Shown here: positions 34,731-44,205 of the stretch, one piece after another
Layout of the letters: each line of letters opens with the position of its first letter
Position numbering within the stretch: the stretch's first letter is position 1
Assembly: GCA_035529675.1 (NCBI GenBank)
Contig: DATKWG010000080.1
Location: forward strand, 1 to 48,974
Reading direction: 5' to 3'
Length of the DNA stretch: 48,974 nucleotides
DNA from: Anaerolineae bacterium
GTDB lineage: Bacteria > Chloroflexota > Anaerolineae > UBA1429
The notes under the pieces: generated by a model
Databases searched by the model: none
What the model saw: only the letters and a program-made list of their open reading frames with translations
Told to the model about the DNA's origin: nothing
Position numbers and translations under genes: made by a program

Positions 34731-35675
34731 CTAGCTGCCCGGGAATGGCGTGTAACCCAGTTGACGCAGGTATCGCTCGTCCCGTCTCCAGTTCTTGCGC
34801 ACTTTGACCCACAACTCCAGGTATACCTTATGCCCAAGGAACTGCTCCAAGACGATCCTGGCGTCGCGTCCTATACGCTTGAGCATCCTTCCCTGACGAC
34901 CGATGACGATCCCCTTCTGGGAGGTCTTTTCTGTGTAGATGGTCGCCGAGATGTAGATGGTGCCATTGGGGCGCTCCTTGAACTCCTCAACGACCACCGC
35001 CACAGCGTGAGGAACTTCTTTTTCCAGCAGTCGCAATACCTGCTCGCGTATCAGCTCAGAGGCAACGAACCGCTCTGGTTGGTCGGTCAACTGATCCTCG
35101 GGATAGTAGCGCGGCCCAAAAGGAAGCCTGGATATGACCAGGTCGAGAAGGTCATCTCGGTTGAACCCGGTTAGCGCGCTGACGCACACCGACTCATCGA
35201 ACGACATCAGTTCCTCGAAGGCGGCGCGACGAGCCCTGGCCTCGTCAGAACATACCAGATCGATCTTGTTCATGGCCAGAAGGATGGGCGTGCCTTCAGT
35301 ATTCGCCAGCAGCCGCGCGATCTCCCGGTCGGCGCGATTCAGCGACCTGGACATGTCCACCACAAAGACCACCACATCAGCATCGGGGATAGCACGCTTG
35401 GCTGCGGTAACCATGTACTCCCCGAGCTTGTTTCGCGGCAGGTGAATGCCCGGGGTATCCACAAAGATGATCTGGGCGTCGTCCCGGGTGAGTATGCCGA
35501 GCAGGCGATTGCGCGTGGTTTGGGGCTTGGGGGAGACGGCTACCAGCCTGAAGCCCAACCAGGCGTTCAGCAGTGTTGACTTGCCAACGTTGGGCTTGCC
35601 CGCTAGAGTGACAAAGCCGCTGCGGTGATCGGGCGGAAGCTGTCGGTCAAAGATCAGCCCTTGTTCTGCTCCCAT
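34731..35675 (-). CDS. era: GTPase Era
   Basis: GKPNVGKSTLLN, DTPG and NKID GTPase motifs, plus a C-terminal KH domain. The start (ATG 35675 versus TTG 35699) is uncertain. Confidence 0.9.
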   Translation of the reverse strand: MGAEQGLIFDRQLPPDHRSGFVTLAGKPNVGKSTLLNAWLGFRLVAVSPKPQTTRNRLLGILTRDDAQIIFVDTPGIHLPRNKLGEYMVTAAKRAIPDADVVVFVVDMSRSLNRADREIARLLANTEGTPILLAMNKIDLVCSDEARARRAAFEELMSFDESVCVSALTGFNRDDLLDLVISRLPFGPRYYPEDQLTDQPERFVASELIREQVLRLLEKEVPHAVAVVVEEFKERPNGTIYISATIYTEKTSQKGIVIGRQGRMLKRIGRDARIVLEQFLGHKVYLELWVKVRKNWRRDERYLRQLGYTPFPGS

Positions 35676-35777
35676 GCTCCTACTCGCTCTTGGGCACAAC
35701 CCGGTCAGACGCTGATTTGGACCAGATGTGCGTCATCATGATGAGGATCCTGCGCTCCCCGCTGTCCTCTGATTTCG

Positions 35778-36689
35778 TCAGGCCGCCTTCCACAGACGGC
35801 AAAACGCGCAAAGATCGCCCGCTTCGGTCGGCTGCCCGCATTCACTGCACGTACTGTACTCAGTCTCTTGCTCGACGCCTGTGAACAGACCAGCCTGCCT
35901 GGCCCGGAGGAGACCTTCATAGAACTGCATCTTGATGCCAGGCGAGCGTCTCTCCAACCGGTTCAGCATCTCCTTGTACAAGATGCTCTTCGCTTTCACC
36001 GAGTAGGGGCATTCCAGATCGACAAAGTCAATGCCCCGAACAAGAGCGTAGGCAGCGGTCTCCCGCTCGTACAGGCGGCACAGGGGCTTGACCTTGCGCA
36101 TCAGCCCGGGATGCACAGAGGGCAAGACAGGGGCCTGACGCCTGAGGTATCCCGCTTGCCAATGCAACGTATTCCCCAGCAATGTTGCCGCCTCGTCATC
36201 GAGGTTGTGTCCGGTGGCAATGGCGGCATAGCCGCCCTCGTAGGCTATGCGATTCATGACGTGTCGCTTGACCAGACCGCACACCGAACAGATGCGGCGG
36301 CCGCGCCGGGTGCGGGCCAGCTCGGGGATCGCCTTGCCATAAGTGTCGCGCACGTTCACCACGTGCAGGGGGACGCCCCCGTGTTCGGAGGAGAACTTGG
36401 CCGCTTTCTCTTGCGAGACGTCAGAGTAGGCTTGGTGGTCGATGCCGAGGTTGATGTAAAGCCCATCCGTCTGGTAGCCGAGTTCCATCAGGATGGCCCA
36501 CAAGGTCAGGCTATCCTTGCCCCCCGACACGGCAACCAACACACGCTCATCTCGCCCCAGCATGTGATGCTTGTCGATGGTGCGCTCCATCATAATGGGC
36601 ACCCAGGCCACAAAATGCTCGGCACACAGCTTGAGGCGATGCTGTGGCATCCCGATGACCGCGACGCTGCCGCACTTGGTACACCTCAT
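35778..36689 (-). CDS. ttuA: TtuA-like tRNA 2-thiolation PP-loop ATPase
   Basis: N-terminal zinc finger CTKCGS...LCAEH, PP-loop VAVSGGKDS, CSVCG, and C-terminal CSECG...CAFCR. Collinear with my recollection of Thermus TtuA. Confidence 0.75.
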   Translation of the reverse strand: MRCTKCGSVAVIGMPQHRLKLCAEHFVAWVPIMMERTIDKHHMLGRDERVLVAVSGGKDSLTLWAILMELGYQTDGLYINLGIDHQAYSDVSQEKAAKFSSEHGGVPLHVVNVRDTYGKAIPELARTRRGRRICSVCGLVKRHVMNRIAYEGGYAAIATGHNLDDEAATLLGNTLHWQAGYLRRQAPVLPSVHPGLMRKVKPLCRLYERETAAYALVRGIDFVDLECPYSVKAKSILYKEMLNRLERRSPGIKMQFYEGLLRARQAGLFTGVEQETEYSTCSECGQPTEAGDLCAFCRLWKAA

Positions 36690-36718
36690 GCCCACCCCGG
36701 TAGATCCCACCAAAGACC

Positions 36719-36919
36719 TCAGCCACCAGAGATGACGTTGACAAGTCGAATATCGTCGCCTGGCTCGATAATGGTCTGGTCATTGACCAGCCTCTTCCCG
36801 CGCAGTGCAAGCACGCTGTAGGGGTCCAGACCAGCCTTCTCTATGGCGGCACGGACGGTCATGCCGCTCTTCACCTCCCACTCTTTCCTGCGATATCTGA
36901 TCTTGGCTGTTGACATCAT
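36719..36919 (-). CDS. ttuB: MoaD/ThiS-family ubiquitin-like sulfur carrier (TtuB-like), C-terminal GG
   Basis: 66 aa ending ...RLVNVISGG-stop. The start is ATG 36919, 4 nt after GGAGGG. It lies immediately upstream of the ttuA-like gene. Confidence 0.7.
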   Translation of the reverse strand: MMSTAKIRYRRKEWEVKSGMTVRAAIEKAGLDPYSVLALRGKRLVNDQTIIEPGDDIRLVNVISGG

Positions 36920-36949
36920 CGTACCCTCCGCCAACATGACGTAAACTAG

Positions 36950-36978
36950 ATTCTATACCAGAACCAGGGCCAGGGCAA
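36950..36978 (-). promoter_or_regulatory. candidate promoter TTGCCC-17-TAGAAT for ttuB-ttuA
   Basis: Minus-strand hexamers at plus coordinates 36973-36978 and 36950-36955. Confidence 0.45.
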
Positions 36979-36997
36979 GGCCGAGGTGCGCCCCAGG

Positions 36998-37026
36998 TTG
37001 ACAGGTGGCCCCCGCCTCCTTAAGAT
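36998..37026 (+). promoter_or_regulatory. sigma70-like promoter TTGACA-17-TAAGAT for the AOR gene
   Basis: TTGACA at 36998-37003 and TAAGAT at 37021-37026. Divergent from the ttuB promoter. Confidence 0.55.
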
Positions 37027-37099
37027 GGAGCAACCGCCCGTTTGCGATCAGCTAAGGACGTCTCGTACACCAGTCAACCATCACCGATGGAGGTCAATC

Positions 37100-38971
37100 A
37101 TGCCGAAAGGATACGCGGGCCGAGTTTTGAGAGTCGATCTTGGAGAGGGTACGATGCGCACGGAGGAGCCGCCAGATAGCTTCTATCGGCGCTACGTCGG
37201 CGGGAATGGATTCATAGGCTACTATCTGCTGAAAGAAGTGGCCAAAGACGCCGACCCCCTCGGGCCAGAGAACCTTCTCATCTTTGCGACCGGTGCGATC
37301 ACCGGAATCCCCGTTGCGGGCGCTGGGCGGAGCGCCGTTGGAGCCAAGTCGCCTCTGACTGGGGGCTACGGCGAGGCGGACGTGGGGGGCTTCTTTGGAG
37401 CCGAGCTCAAGCGCGCCGGCTTTGACGCGATCCTGGTGGAGGGCAGAGCCGCGAACCCGGTCTATCTCTGGGTTCACGAGGGCGAGGCCGAGATCCGCCC
37501 GGCTGACCATCTCTGGGGGATGACCACACTGGATTGCCAGAATGCCATTCAGGCGGAGGTTGGAGACTCGCGAGTTCGCCTGGCTATGATCGGCCCAGGC
37601 GGGGAGAAGCTGGTGCGCTATGCTTGTGTGATCAACGATCTCAAGCACGCGGCCGGCCGCTCGGGCATGGGGGCTGTCATGGGCTCCAAGAACCTGAAGG
37701 CCGTAGCAGCCCGGGGGAAGGGGAGCATTCCCGTGGCCGACCCCGAGGCAGTCAGGAACCTGAGCAGGTGGATGGGCGAGCACTGGAACGAAAAAGCCTG
37801 GGACATGCACGACACCGGCACGGACGGTGGCCTGGAACACCTGAGTGAGATCGGGGCCTTGCCCACCCGGAACTTTCAGGATGGGGAGTTCGAGGGGGCG
37901 AGCAAGATCACCGGGTCTACCATGCGCGACACCATTCTCATCGACCGAGGAGCGTGCTATGCCTGCCCCATCCGCTGCAAGCGCGTGGTGAAGATTGACG
38001 ACGAGGACTATCAGGTGGACCCGGAGTATGGCGGTCCCGAGTACGAGACGGTGGCCGCTGTTGGCTCCAACTGCGGCGTGGACGACCTCCGAGCCATAAG
38101 CAAGGCCAACGAGTTGTGCCAGGCCTACAGTCTGGACACCATCTCGACCGGCATGGCCGTGTCCTTTGCCATGGAGTGCTTTGAAGCGGGATTGTTGACC
38201 ACCGAGGATACTGGCGGCCTCGAGCTGCGCTTTGGCAACGCCACGGCTATGGTCGAGCTTGTGCGCCAGATCGGCGAACGTGAGGGGCTTGGCGACCTGC
38301 TCGCCGAGGGGCCACAGCGGGCCGCGGCCGAGATCGGGCGCGGAGCCGAGCAATTCGTGCTCGCTACCAAAGGCCAGCCCTTCCCCATGCACGAGTGCCG
38401 CACCCGCCACGGCCAGGCCCTGGGGTACGCCGTCTCACCCACCGGCGCCGATCACATGCACAACTTCTGGGATGGTGGCCTCGCAAGGGAACCATTGTCC
38501 GAGGGGTTGCAGAGTCTGGGCATCTACCGGTCTGTCCCTCAGACCGAGCTGAACGCGAACAAGGTGCGCGCCTACACCGTGGTCACCAACTGGACCTGGT
38601 TGGACAATCACCTGTGTTGCTGCGCGTTCATCCCCTGGACCCGCGATCAGAAGGTGGCGCTGGTCAGGGCGATCACCGGATGGGAGACCAACGTGTGGGA
38701 GCTGCTGAAGGTAGCCGAGCGCGGTGTGACCATGGCCAGGGCCTTCAATCTGCGGGAGGGCTTCACCCGAGCTGATGACGCGCTGCCTCCGCGCATGAAC
38801 ACTCTCTTTGTGAGTGGCTCTATAAACGAGAAGCCGATCGATCCGAAGGTGCTGGATGAGAACCTGACCACCTTCTACGGGATGATGGGGTGGGATCCTC
38901 AGACCGGAGTGCCCACCTTGCCCAAGCTTCAGGAGCTGGATATTGAGTGGGTGGCCGACCACCTGCCCTGA
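37100..38971 (+). CDS. aldehyde:ferredoxin oxidoreductase family (tungstopterin) enzyme
   Basis: Start re-set to MPKGYAGRVLRVDL (ATG 37100, 5 nt after GGAGGT). Typical AOR N-terminal domain, GGRG-like region, and cluster ligand motif CYACPIRC. Confidence 0.9.
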   Translation: MPKGYAGRVLRVDLGEGTMRTEEPPDSFYRRYVGGNGFIGYYLLKEVAKDADPLGPENLLIFATGAITGIPVAGAGRSAVGAKSPLTGGYGEADVGGFFGAELKRAGFDAILVEGRAANPVYLWVHEGEAEIRPADHLWGMTTLDCQNAIQAEVGDSRVRLAMIGPGGEKLVRYACVINDLKHAAGRSGMGAVMGSKNLKAVAARGKGSIPVADPEAVRNLSRWMGEHWNEKAWDMHDTGTDGGLEHLSEIGALPTRNFQDGEFEGASKITGSTMRDTILIDRGACYACPIRCKRVVKIDDEDYQVDPEYGGPEYETVAAVGSNCGVDDLRAISKANELCQAYSLDTISTGMAVSFAMECFEAGLLTTEDTGGLELRFGNATAMVELVRQIGEREGLGDLLAEGPQRAAAEIGRGAEQFVLATKGQPFPMHECRTRHGQALGYAVSPTGADHMHNFWDGGLAREPLSEGLQSLGIYRSVPQTELNANKVRAYTVVTNWTWLDNHLCCCAFIPWTRDQKVALVRAITGWETNVWELLKVAERGVTMARAFNLREGFTRADDALPPRMNTLFVSGSINEKPIDPKVLDENLTTFYGMMGWDPQTGVPTLPKLQELDIEWVADHLP

Positions 38972-39081
38972 GACGAGGCATCGCCCCCAGACAGGGACAG
39001 ACCAACGGCCAGCAGAATGGCCTGGACGAAAAGGGGCAGAGCAAGGTCCTGGTGAATAGAGCCACATTCCGGAGAGAGCTG

Positions 39082-39273
39082 ATGCTTCGCTGCGGGCCGA
39101 TGGTGATTGTCGCCGCGGTGGCCCACCTCGTCCTCGGCGTCGGACCGTGGGTATGGCTGATGCCACTCGGGGTCGCAGCCATGGTCGTCCTGAAATGGGC
39201 GATTCCCCTCGGAGACCAGCAGGGCGATACCGGCCTGGATACGCCTGACGAGCAGGACTACGTCAGGCGCTAA
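39082..39273 (+). CDS. possible small 2-TM membrane protein
   Basis: ATG 39082 follows GGAGAGAG. Hydrophobic MVIVAAVAHLVLGVGPWVWLMPLGVAAMVVL. No homology recognised. Confidence 0.25.
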   Translation: MLRCGPMVIVAAVAHLVLGVGPWVWLMPLGVAAMVVLKWAIPLGDQQGDTGLDTPDEQDYVRR

Positions 39274-39287
39274 CCGAATCGATCGCC

Positions 39288-39330
39288 AAGCTGAGTGGGC
39301 ACGGCTGCACTGCTGCCACCCACTCAGCTT
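39288..39330. terminator. 12-bp perfect hairpin between convergent genes
   Basis: AAGCTGAGTGGG (39288-39299) pairs with CCCACTCAGCTT (39319-39330). Confidence 0.45.
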
Positions 39331-39419
39331 CCACCAGCGGGGCGCATGCCCTCCGCCGAGGGCGCTGCTCCGCGCTCGTGCTGTCTGTGTCGTATGTCTT
39401 TGGTCCGAGTCGCGGCTCC

Positions 39420-40730
39420 CTAGTCCTCAGACTCTGTGTATTCGGAGAGGTCAGACGGGGTTTCTTCCTCTGGTTCTTCGGGTTCCGGAGGAGCAGGGGC
39501 CACAGGCTCGACAGATGAGGGCTCAGTCTCTACTGCCCACCCATCAGCGAAGTAGTCCAAGGTTTGGGGCTCGCCCTCTAGCTCAACCACGATCACCGTA
39601 GCCAGTCTATCGGGGGCATTGGGAGACAGACCACGCACCAGGAGCCGATCTCCATTCTGCTGAAAGCTCAGCTCTCTTCCCGTCTCCAGCAGGTGTGCTG
39701 AGCGCACCTTGTTGGCAATCCGACAAAACTGTATCTCTCTGCCCGGCCAGCGCAGTACGTGCATGAACAGTGTGTTTCCCTTCAGGGTGGTCAAGCCCGT
39801 GGACGTACCACCGAAAGGTGATCGCGCGGTGCCATAGACGGCTCCCCCGTTTCGGCGGAGCCAACGCCCCACCTTCCCCAGGACGTCCACCGACTCCTTT
39901 GGTATGGTGCCATCCGGCTTAGGGCCGACGTTCAGCAACAAGTTCCCGCCCGAAGTGACGCAGGTCAAGAGATTCTTGAGCACCTGTTTGGCAGTCTTCC
40001 AGTTGTCATCAGCTGCGTTGTAGCCCCAACTGTCGTTGAGGGTCATGCACGCTTCCCAGGCCCGGCCCGCCTCCGAAGCCCGAATGTGCTGTTCTGGCGT
40101 GTCATAGTCCTCGGGGAGCTGAGAGCGGTTGTTGATGACGATGGCGGGCTGTAGTCCGCGCACCATGGCATTGAGCTCCTCCGAGCGCCAATCCTCGGCG
40201 GTATACGGCCACCCCCCATCGTACCAAAGAAGGTCGATCTTGCCATAGTTGGTGCACAGCTCCCGTACCTGGGCGTGTACGTAGTCAACCAGCTCCTGCC
40301 AGCCCTGTGGGTCCCCTTTGGGGCCGCGAAAGTAGGCTGGGTAGCGCCAGTCGAGCAGGGAATAGTAGAACCCCACCCGCATCCCGCCACGGTGGCAAGC
40401 CTCCACGTACTCTCTGAGGAGGTCTCGCCTCGCGGCGGTCTTGGGCGCAGAGAAATCAGATGCCTGGGTATCGAACAAGGAGAAACCGTCGTGATGCCGG
40501 CTGGTCATCACCATGTATTTCATGCCTGCTTGCTTGGCCAGCGCGACCCATTCATCAGGATCGTACTTTTTGGGGACGAACCTTTTCGATAGGCGAGCAT
40601 ACTCGTCGGCGGGGATATGCTCTTGGTACATCACCCATTCTCCGCGTGCAGCGATAGAATAGACCCCCCAATGGATGAACATGCCATACCGAGCCTCGTG
40701 CCACCACTGCATGTGATCTCGTGCTCCCAT
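39420..40730 (-). CDS. alpha-L-fucosidase (GH29)
   Basis: WWHEARYGMFIHWGVYS...MKYMVMTSRHHDGFSLFDT...YYSLLDW. Start re-set to ATG 40730, after AAGGAG. The C-terminal tail is acidic (EPEEPEEETPSDLSEYTESED). Confidence 0.9.
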   Translation of the reverse strand: MGARDHMQWWHEARYGMFIHWGVYSIAARGEWVMYQEHIPADEYARLSKRFVPKKYDPDEWVALAKQAGMKYMVMTSRHHDGFSLFDTQASDFSAPKTAARRDLLREYVEACHRGGMRVGFYYSLLDWRYPAYFRGPKGDPQGWQELVDYVHAQVRELCTNYGKIDLLWYDGGWPYTAEDWRSEELNAMVRGLQPAIVINNRSQLPEDYDTPEQHIRASEAGRAWEACMTLNDSWGYNAADDNWKTAKQVLKNLLTCVTSGGNLLLNVGPKPDGTIPKESVDVLGKVGRWLRRNGGAVYGTARSPFGGTSTGLTTLKGNTLFMHVLRWPGREIQFCRIANKVRSAHLLETGRELSFQQNGDRLLVRGLSPNAPDRLATVIVVELEGEPQTLDYFADGWAVETEPSSVEPVAPAPPEPEEPEEETPSDLSEYTESED

Positions 40731-40952
40731 AACCGCACCACTCCTTTCTCGTGAGGCCAGCAACCCGTCTCCTGTTGAAATGGTCAACCTCACCTGATCT
40801 TAGCGTCAATTGACCGTTCCGTCAAGGGCGCGCACTGGAGAGCATCGAGAAAGCGGCTCCGAATCTCGCTGGACGTGCATCGGCAGCGGGCTGCGTGGAT
40901 ACTCCGGCTAGCACGGTGTAAGCGAAAGCAAAGGACGGATGTAGGTCCCAGT

Positions 40953-41022
40953 GTAGGAGCGATTCGTCGCAGATCCTGGTCGGAGGCCGAAGGCCGGAGA
41001 TGCCGGGGCGAATCGCCCCTAC
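40953..41022 (+). repeat. 70-bp long form of the GTAGGGGCG...CGCCCCTAC palindromic element
   Basis: Outer arms GTAGGAGCGATTCG and CGAATCGCCCCTAC enclose TCGCAGATCCTGGTCGGAGGCCGAAGGCCGGAGATGCCGGGG. About 90 percent identical to the reverse complement of 47692-47762. Confidence 0.85.
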
Positions 41023-41207
41023 CGGGTGACGGCCACCCTCTCGGGGTTTTTCGATGCTCTCGGGCTGATTGCTTTCCACCCATACTCTCTTGTGCTATAA
41101 TGCTAACCAAGGGGTGGCCTCCCGAAGACCTGGGCAGCATTCTTGAGAGCAGCACTCACGAGCATCACAGCCTTCAAGTGCAATCTGGTGGGAGGAAGGA
41201 AGGTGCA

Positions 41208-42467
41208 GTGACAGTCCCGCGAACGTGGCTCAGAGTAGTTCTCGCCAGCGCGGAGCGTCTGCCCCTTCTGCGTGAGCTGCAGACCGGAACACGCAAAGGT
41301 GCGCTACTGGGCGCAGCAATCGGACTTTTCCTGCTCCTGCCCGTGGGCGCACTGTTAGGGCACCTGAACCGTGGGGCGGGCGGCGCGCTGATCGGCACCA
41401 TCAGCGGGTCGATGGGTGGCCTGGTGTTGGGGGGCATTGTCGGGGGCATTCTTGGAGCGCGCCACTTACCACAAGAGGGAGATGTCCTCCTCTCCATTGA
41501 GCTCGACGAACGGAAACCCTCCTTCGCGCCGGGGCAATCTCTCACGGGCCATGTCAGGGTCACGGTCGAAAACACCTTGCGGATCAACGACGCCAAGGCC
41601 TATCTTCTCTGCCGCGGGTTCTACGTCCACGACGAGATCGACGAGAGGAATGCTGGCCAGCCAAGGTTTGTGCACCGGTCGTGTGAGTACCTTCTCAAGC
41701 AGGCAGACCTGATACCGGTGACCACCATCCGGCGCGGGGTCTCACACAGGTATCCCTTCCGCTTTACCATACCTCTGAACGCGGTTCCCTCCCATCACGG
41801 CTACGTTTGCTCTGTGCGCTGGACGGTGCACGCGCTGCTCGATGCCCCAGATATCTCTCCCGTCCACGCGCAGCAGGAGTTCCTTGTCGAATCTGCCCCG
41901 CCTGTGCCCCCGAAAGCGCTCGGTGAACGCCAGTCCATAGCGGTCTCTCAGGTGTGCCAACTGATTCTGGGCCTGCCCCGCGCAGTCTATTGCGAAGGTG
42001 AGACCGTGAGCGGCCATGTGCACATCACTCCTTCAAGGAGATTCGACGCCCAGGAAGTGCGCGCTGTCGTGCTGAGGATCGAGAACGTGCAAGCCAGCGA
42101 CGACCATTTCGTATACGTGGTCGATGGGGACCCAGCGTCAGGGACTCTGCGCGGACAACGTCGCCAGGGCGGCCAGGGGACCACCTACGTGTGGCTGGAG
42201 GGGGAGGACATGCTCAGTGGTCCGCTCACCTTCCGTCCCGGCCAGAGGGTAACCCGTCTGTTCAGCATTCCCGTTCCCTCCAACTGGCGACCGACGCTAT
42301 CGACCGAGCATGGCAGCGTAATCTGGAAGGTGGGGATCGTCGTGTCCCTGGCTGGAGCCAGGGATGTGCGCGCCTTCCACGAGGTCATCGTGCACACCGG
42401 CTCTGCGCGCGTCACCGGTCGGTTCGCCTCGCACAGCGCAGGTCGGGTGGACAAGCAAGCCCCATAG
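41208..42467 (+). CDS. membrane-anchored protein with two arrestin/Spo0M-like beta-sandwich domains
   Basis: Start proposed at GTG 41208, after GGAGGAAGGAAGG. The track ORF start would run through the repeat element and a TATAAT box. Glycine-zipper TM region (GTISGSMGGLVLGGIVGGILG), then two modules of the type F.PGQ..TG.V.V / CEGETVSGHVHI ... VRW.VHALLD / VIWKVGIVVS, which is reminiscent of the arrestin_N/Spo0M family. Confidence 0.55.
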   Translation: MTVPRTWLRVVLASAERLPLLRELQTGTRKGALLGAAIGLFLLLPVGALLGHLNRGAGGALIGTISGSMGGLVLGGIVGGILGARHLPQEGDVLLSIELDERKPSFAPGQSLTGHVRVTVENTLRINDAKAYLLCRGFYVHDEIDERNAGQPRFVHRSCEYLLKQADLIPVTTIRRGVSHRYPFRFTIPLNAVPSHHGYVCSVRWTVHALLDAPDISPVHAQQEFLVESAPPVPPKALGERQSIAVSQVCQLILGLPRAVYCEGETVSGHVHITPSRRFDAQEVRAVVLRIENVQASDDHFVYVVDGDPASGTLRGQRRQGGQGTTYVWLEGEDMLSGPLTFRPGQRVTRLFSIPVPSNWRPTLSTEHGSVIWKVGIVVSLAGARDVRAFHEVIVHTGSARVTGRFASHSAGRVDKQAP

Positions 42468-42717
42468 CCGTAGCCCTTCCCTTGGGCCGCAACAGCGGAC
42501 ACGCCAGAAACCGGCAGATCGACCGCAGCTTCACTTCTGTCACCTGGGATGGCAGGATAGCGGGGCCACTCGTGTGGAGTCCCCTCCATGAGCGCTAGAT
42601 TATGGCAGGTCGCGCTGCAAGGGCCTCTTTGCTTTGCTGGTCGCATGGTGCGTGCCGAGGCTCGCCCAACGCCATCGACAGCGTCGGCTGCGCCAGCCAC
42701 CCTCTGACGCCGCCGTT

Positions 42718-42746
42718 TTGACGCTCTCTTCCCTTCCCTGTAGAAT
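42718..42746 (+). promoter_or_regulatory. sigma70-like promoter TTGACG-17-TAGAAT for ffh
   Basis: TTGACG at 42718-42723 and TAGAAT at 42741-42746. Confidence 0.55.
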
Positions 42747-42789
42747 AGGGCAGTTGCCATAAAGGAAACTGACAGCAAGGCAGTCGATC

Positions 42790-44133
42790 ATGTTCGAGTC
42801 GCTTTCAGAAAAGCTCCAGGACGCCTTCCGAAAGCTCTCCAGCAAAGGGCGCATCTCGGAATCGGATATCAGCCGCACCTTGCGAGACGTGCGACTCGCC
42901 TTGTTGGAGGCCGACGTCAACTATCGGGTGGTCAAGGACTTTACCAGGCGGATTGGTGAACGAGCCGCCGGAGACGAGGTGGCCAGGTCCCTCACCCCAG
43001 CGCAAACGGTGATCAAGATCGTCCACCAGGAACTCGTCACCCTCCTCGGGGGCCCGGGCAGACTTGACTTGGGGGGCAAGCCCCCGGCCGCCATCATGCT
43101 AGTTGGCCTTTATGGCTCAGGCAAGACGACCACTGCTGCAAAGCTCGCCGTTCATCTGAGGCGCGATGGACAAAGGCCCTTGCTCGTTGCCGCTGATACT
43201 CACCGCCCGGCAGCCATCAGCCAGTTGGTCACTCTGGGGAGACAGATAGATGTCCCTGTGTATAGCGAGGGAGATCGCCCGCGACCACCAGGGAGTGGCA
43301 AAGCCGCATCTTCGATCTGTGCGAACGCCCTCAAACACGCCGGGCGAGAAGGCTACACCGTGGCAGTGTTCGACTCGGCCGGGCGCTTGCAGATCGACGA
43401 CGACATGATGGGCGAGCTGGACAAGATCCATCAAGCCATCAAGCCCCAGGAAGTGCTTCTTGTGGCGGATGCGATGACCGGACAGGAGGCCGTGGCAGTC
43501 GCCGAGGAGTTCAACCGGCGCGTCGGACTGACCGGCCTCATACTGACCAAGGTCGATGGTGATGCCAGAGGTGGAGCCGCACTATCTATCCGAGCTGTCA
43601 CAGGCGTGCCCATCAAGTTCATGGGTGTCGGTGAAAGGACCTCGGATCTGGAGGTCTTTTACCCAGACCGGCTGGCCTCGCGCATTCTGGGCATGGGTGA
43701 CGTTCTGACCATCATCGAGCGCGCCGAGGGGGCCTTCTCCCAAGAGCAGGCCCTGAAGATGGGTGAGAAGCTGCGCACCGCCAGCTTCACCCTGGAGGAC
43801 TTTGTAGATCAGCTCCAGACGGTAAAGAAGATGGGGCCACTCGGCGAGCTATTGGGCATGATCCCCGGCCTTCAGCAGTTGGCCAGGGAACTACCTGCCG
43901 GGGCCACAGAAAGGGGCCTGATTGTCACCGAGGCCATCATCAACTCCATGACTCGCCAGGAGCGCCACAACCCCAGGGTCATCGATGCCAGTCGCAAGCG
44001 GCGGATCGCCAGAGGGAGCGGCACCTCCGTGCAGCAGGTGAATCAACTGCTCAGGCAATTCGCCCAGATGCAGCAGATGATCAAGCAGTTGCAGAGCGGC
44101 CGCGGACGAGGGATCATGTCTATGCTACGTTAG
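42790..44133 (+). CDS. ffh: signal recognition particle protein Ffh
   Basis: N, G and M domains: GLYGSGKTTT, DTHRPAA, and a Met-rich C-terminus. Confidence 0.95.
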   Translation: MFESLSEKLQDAFRKLSSKGRISESDISRTLRDVRLALLEADVNYRVVKDFTRRIGERAAGDEVARSLTPAQTVIKIVHQELVTLLGGPGRLDLGGKPPAAIMLVGLYGSGKTTTAAKLAVHLRRDGQRPLLVAADTHRPAAISQLVTLGRQIDVPVYSEGDRPRPPGSGKAASSICANALKHAGREGYTVAVFDSAGRLQIDDDMMGELDKIHQAIKPQEVLLVADAMTGQEAVAVAEEFNRRVGLTGLILTKVDGDARGGAALSIRAVTGVPIKFMGVGERTSDLEVFYPDRLASRILGMGDVLTIIERAEGAFSQEQALKMGEKLRTASFTLEDFVDQLQTVKKMGPLGELLGMIPGLQQLARELPAGATERGLIVTEAIINSMTRQERHNPRVIDASRKRRIARGSGTSVQQVNQLLRQFAQMQQMIKQLQSGRGRGIMSMLR

Positions 44134-44205
44134 CATTCCAGACACTTCTGGTGTATAATCACTGCGACGCAGCGATCTAGAATAGAAAAAGGTGAAATTG
44201 AACGC

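Noticed and set aside
41096-41102. ATG at 41100 considered as the start of the arrestin-like protein.
   Set aside because: It overlaps a TGcTATAAT extended -10-like box and has no Shine-Dalgarno sequence. GTG 41208, after GGAGGAAGGAAGG, is more plausible, though unverified.
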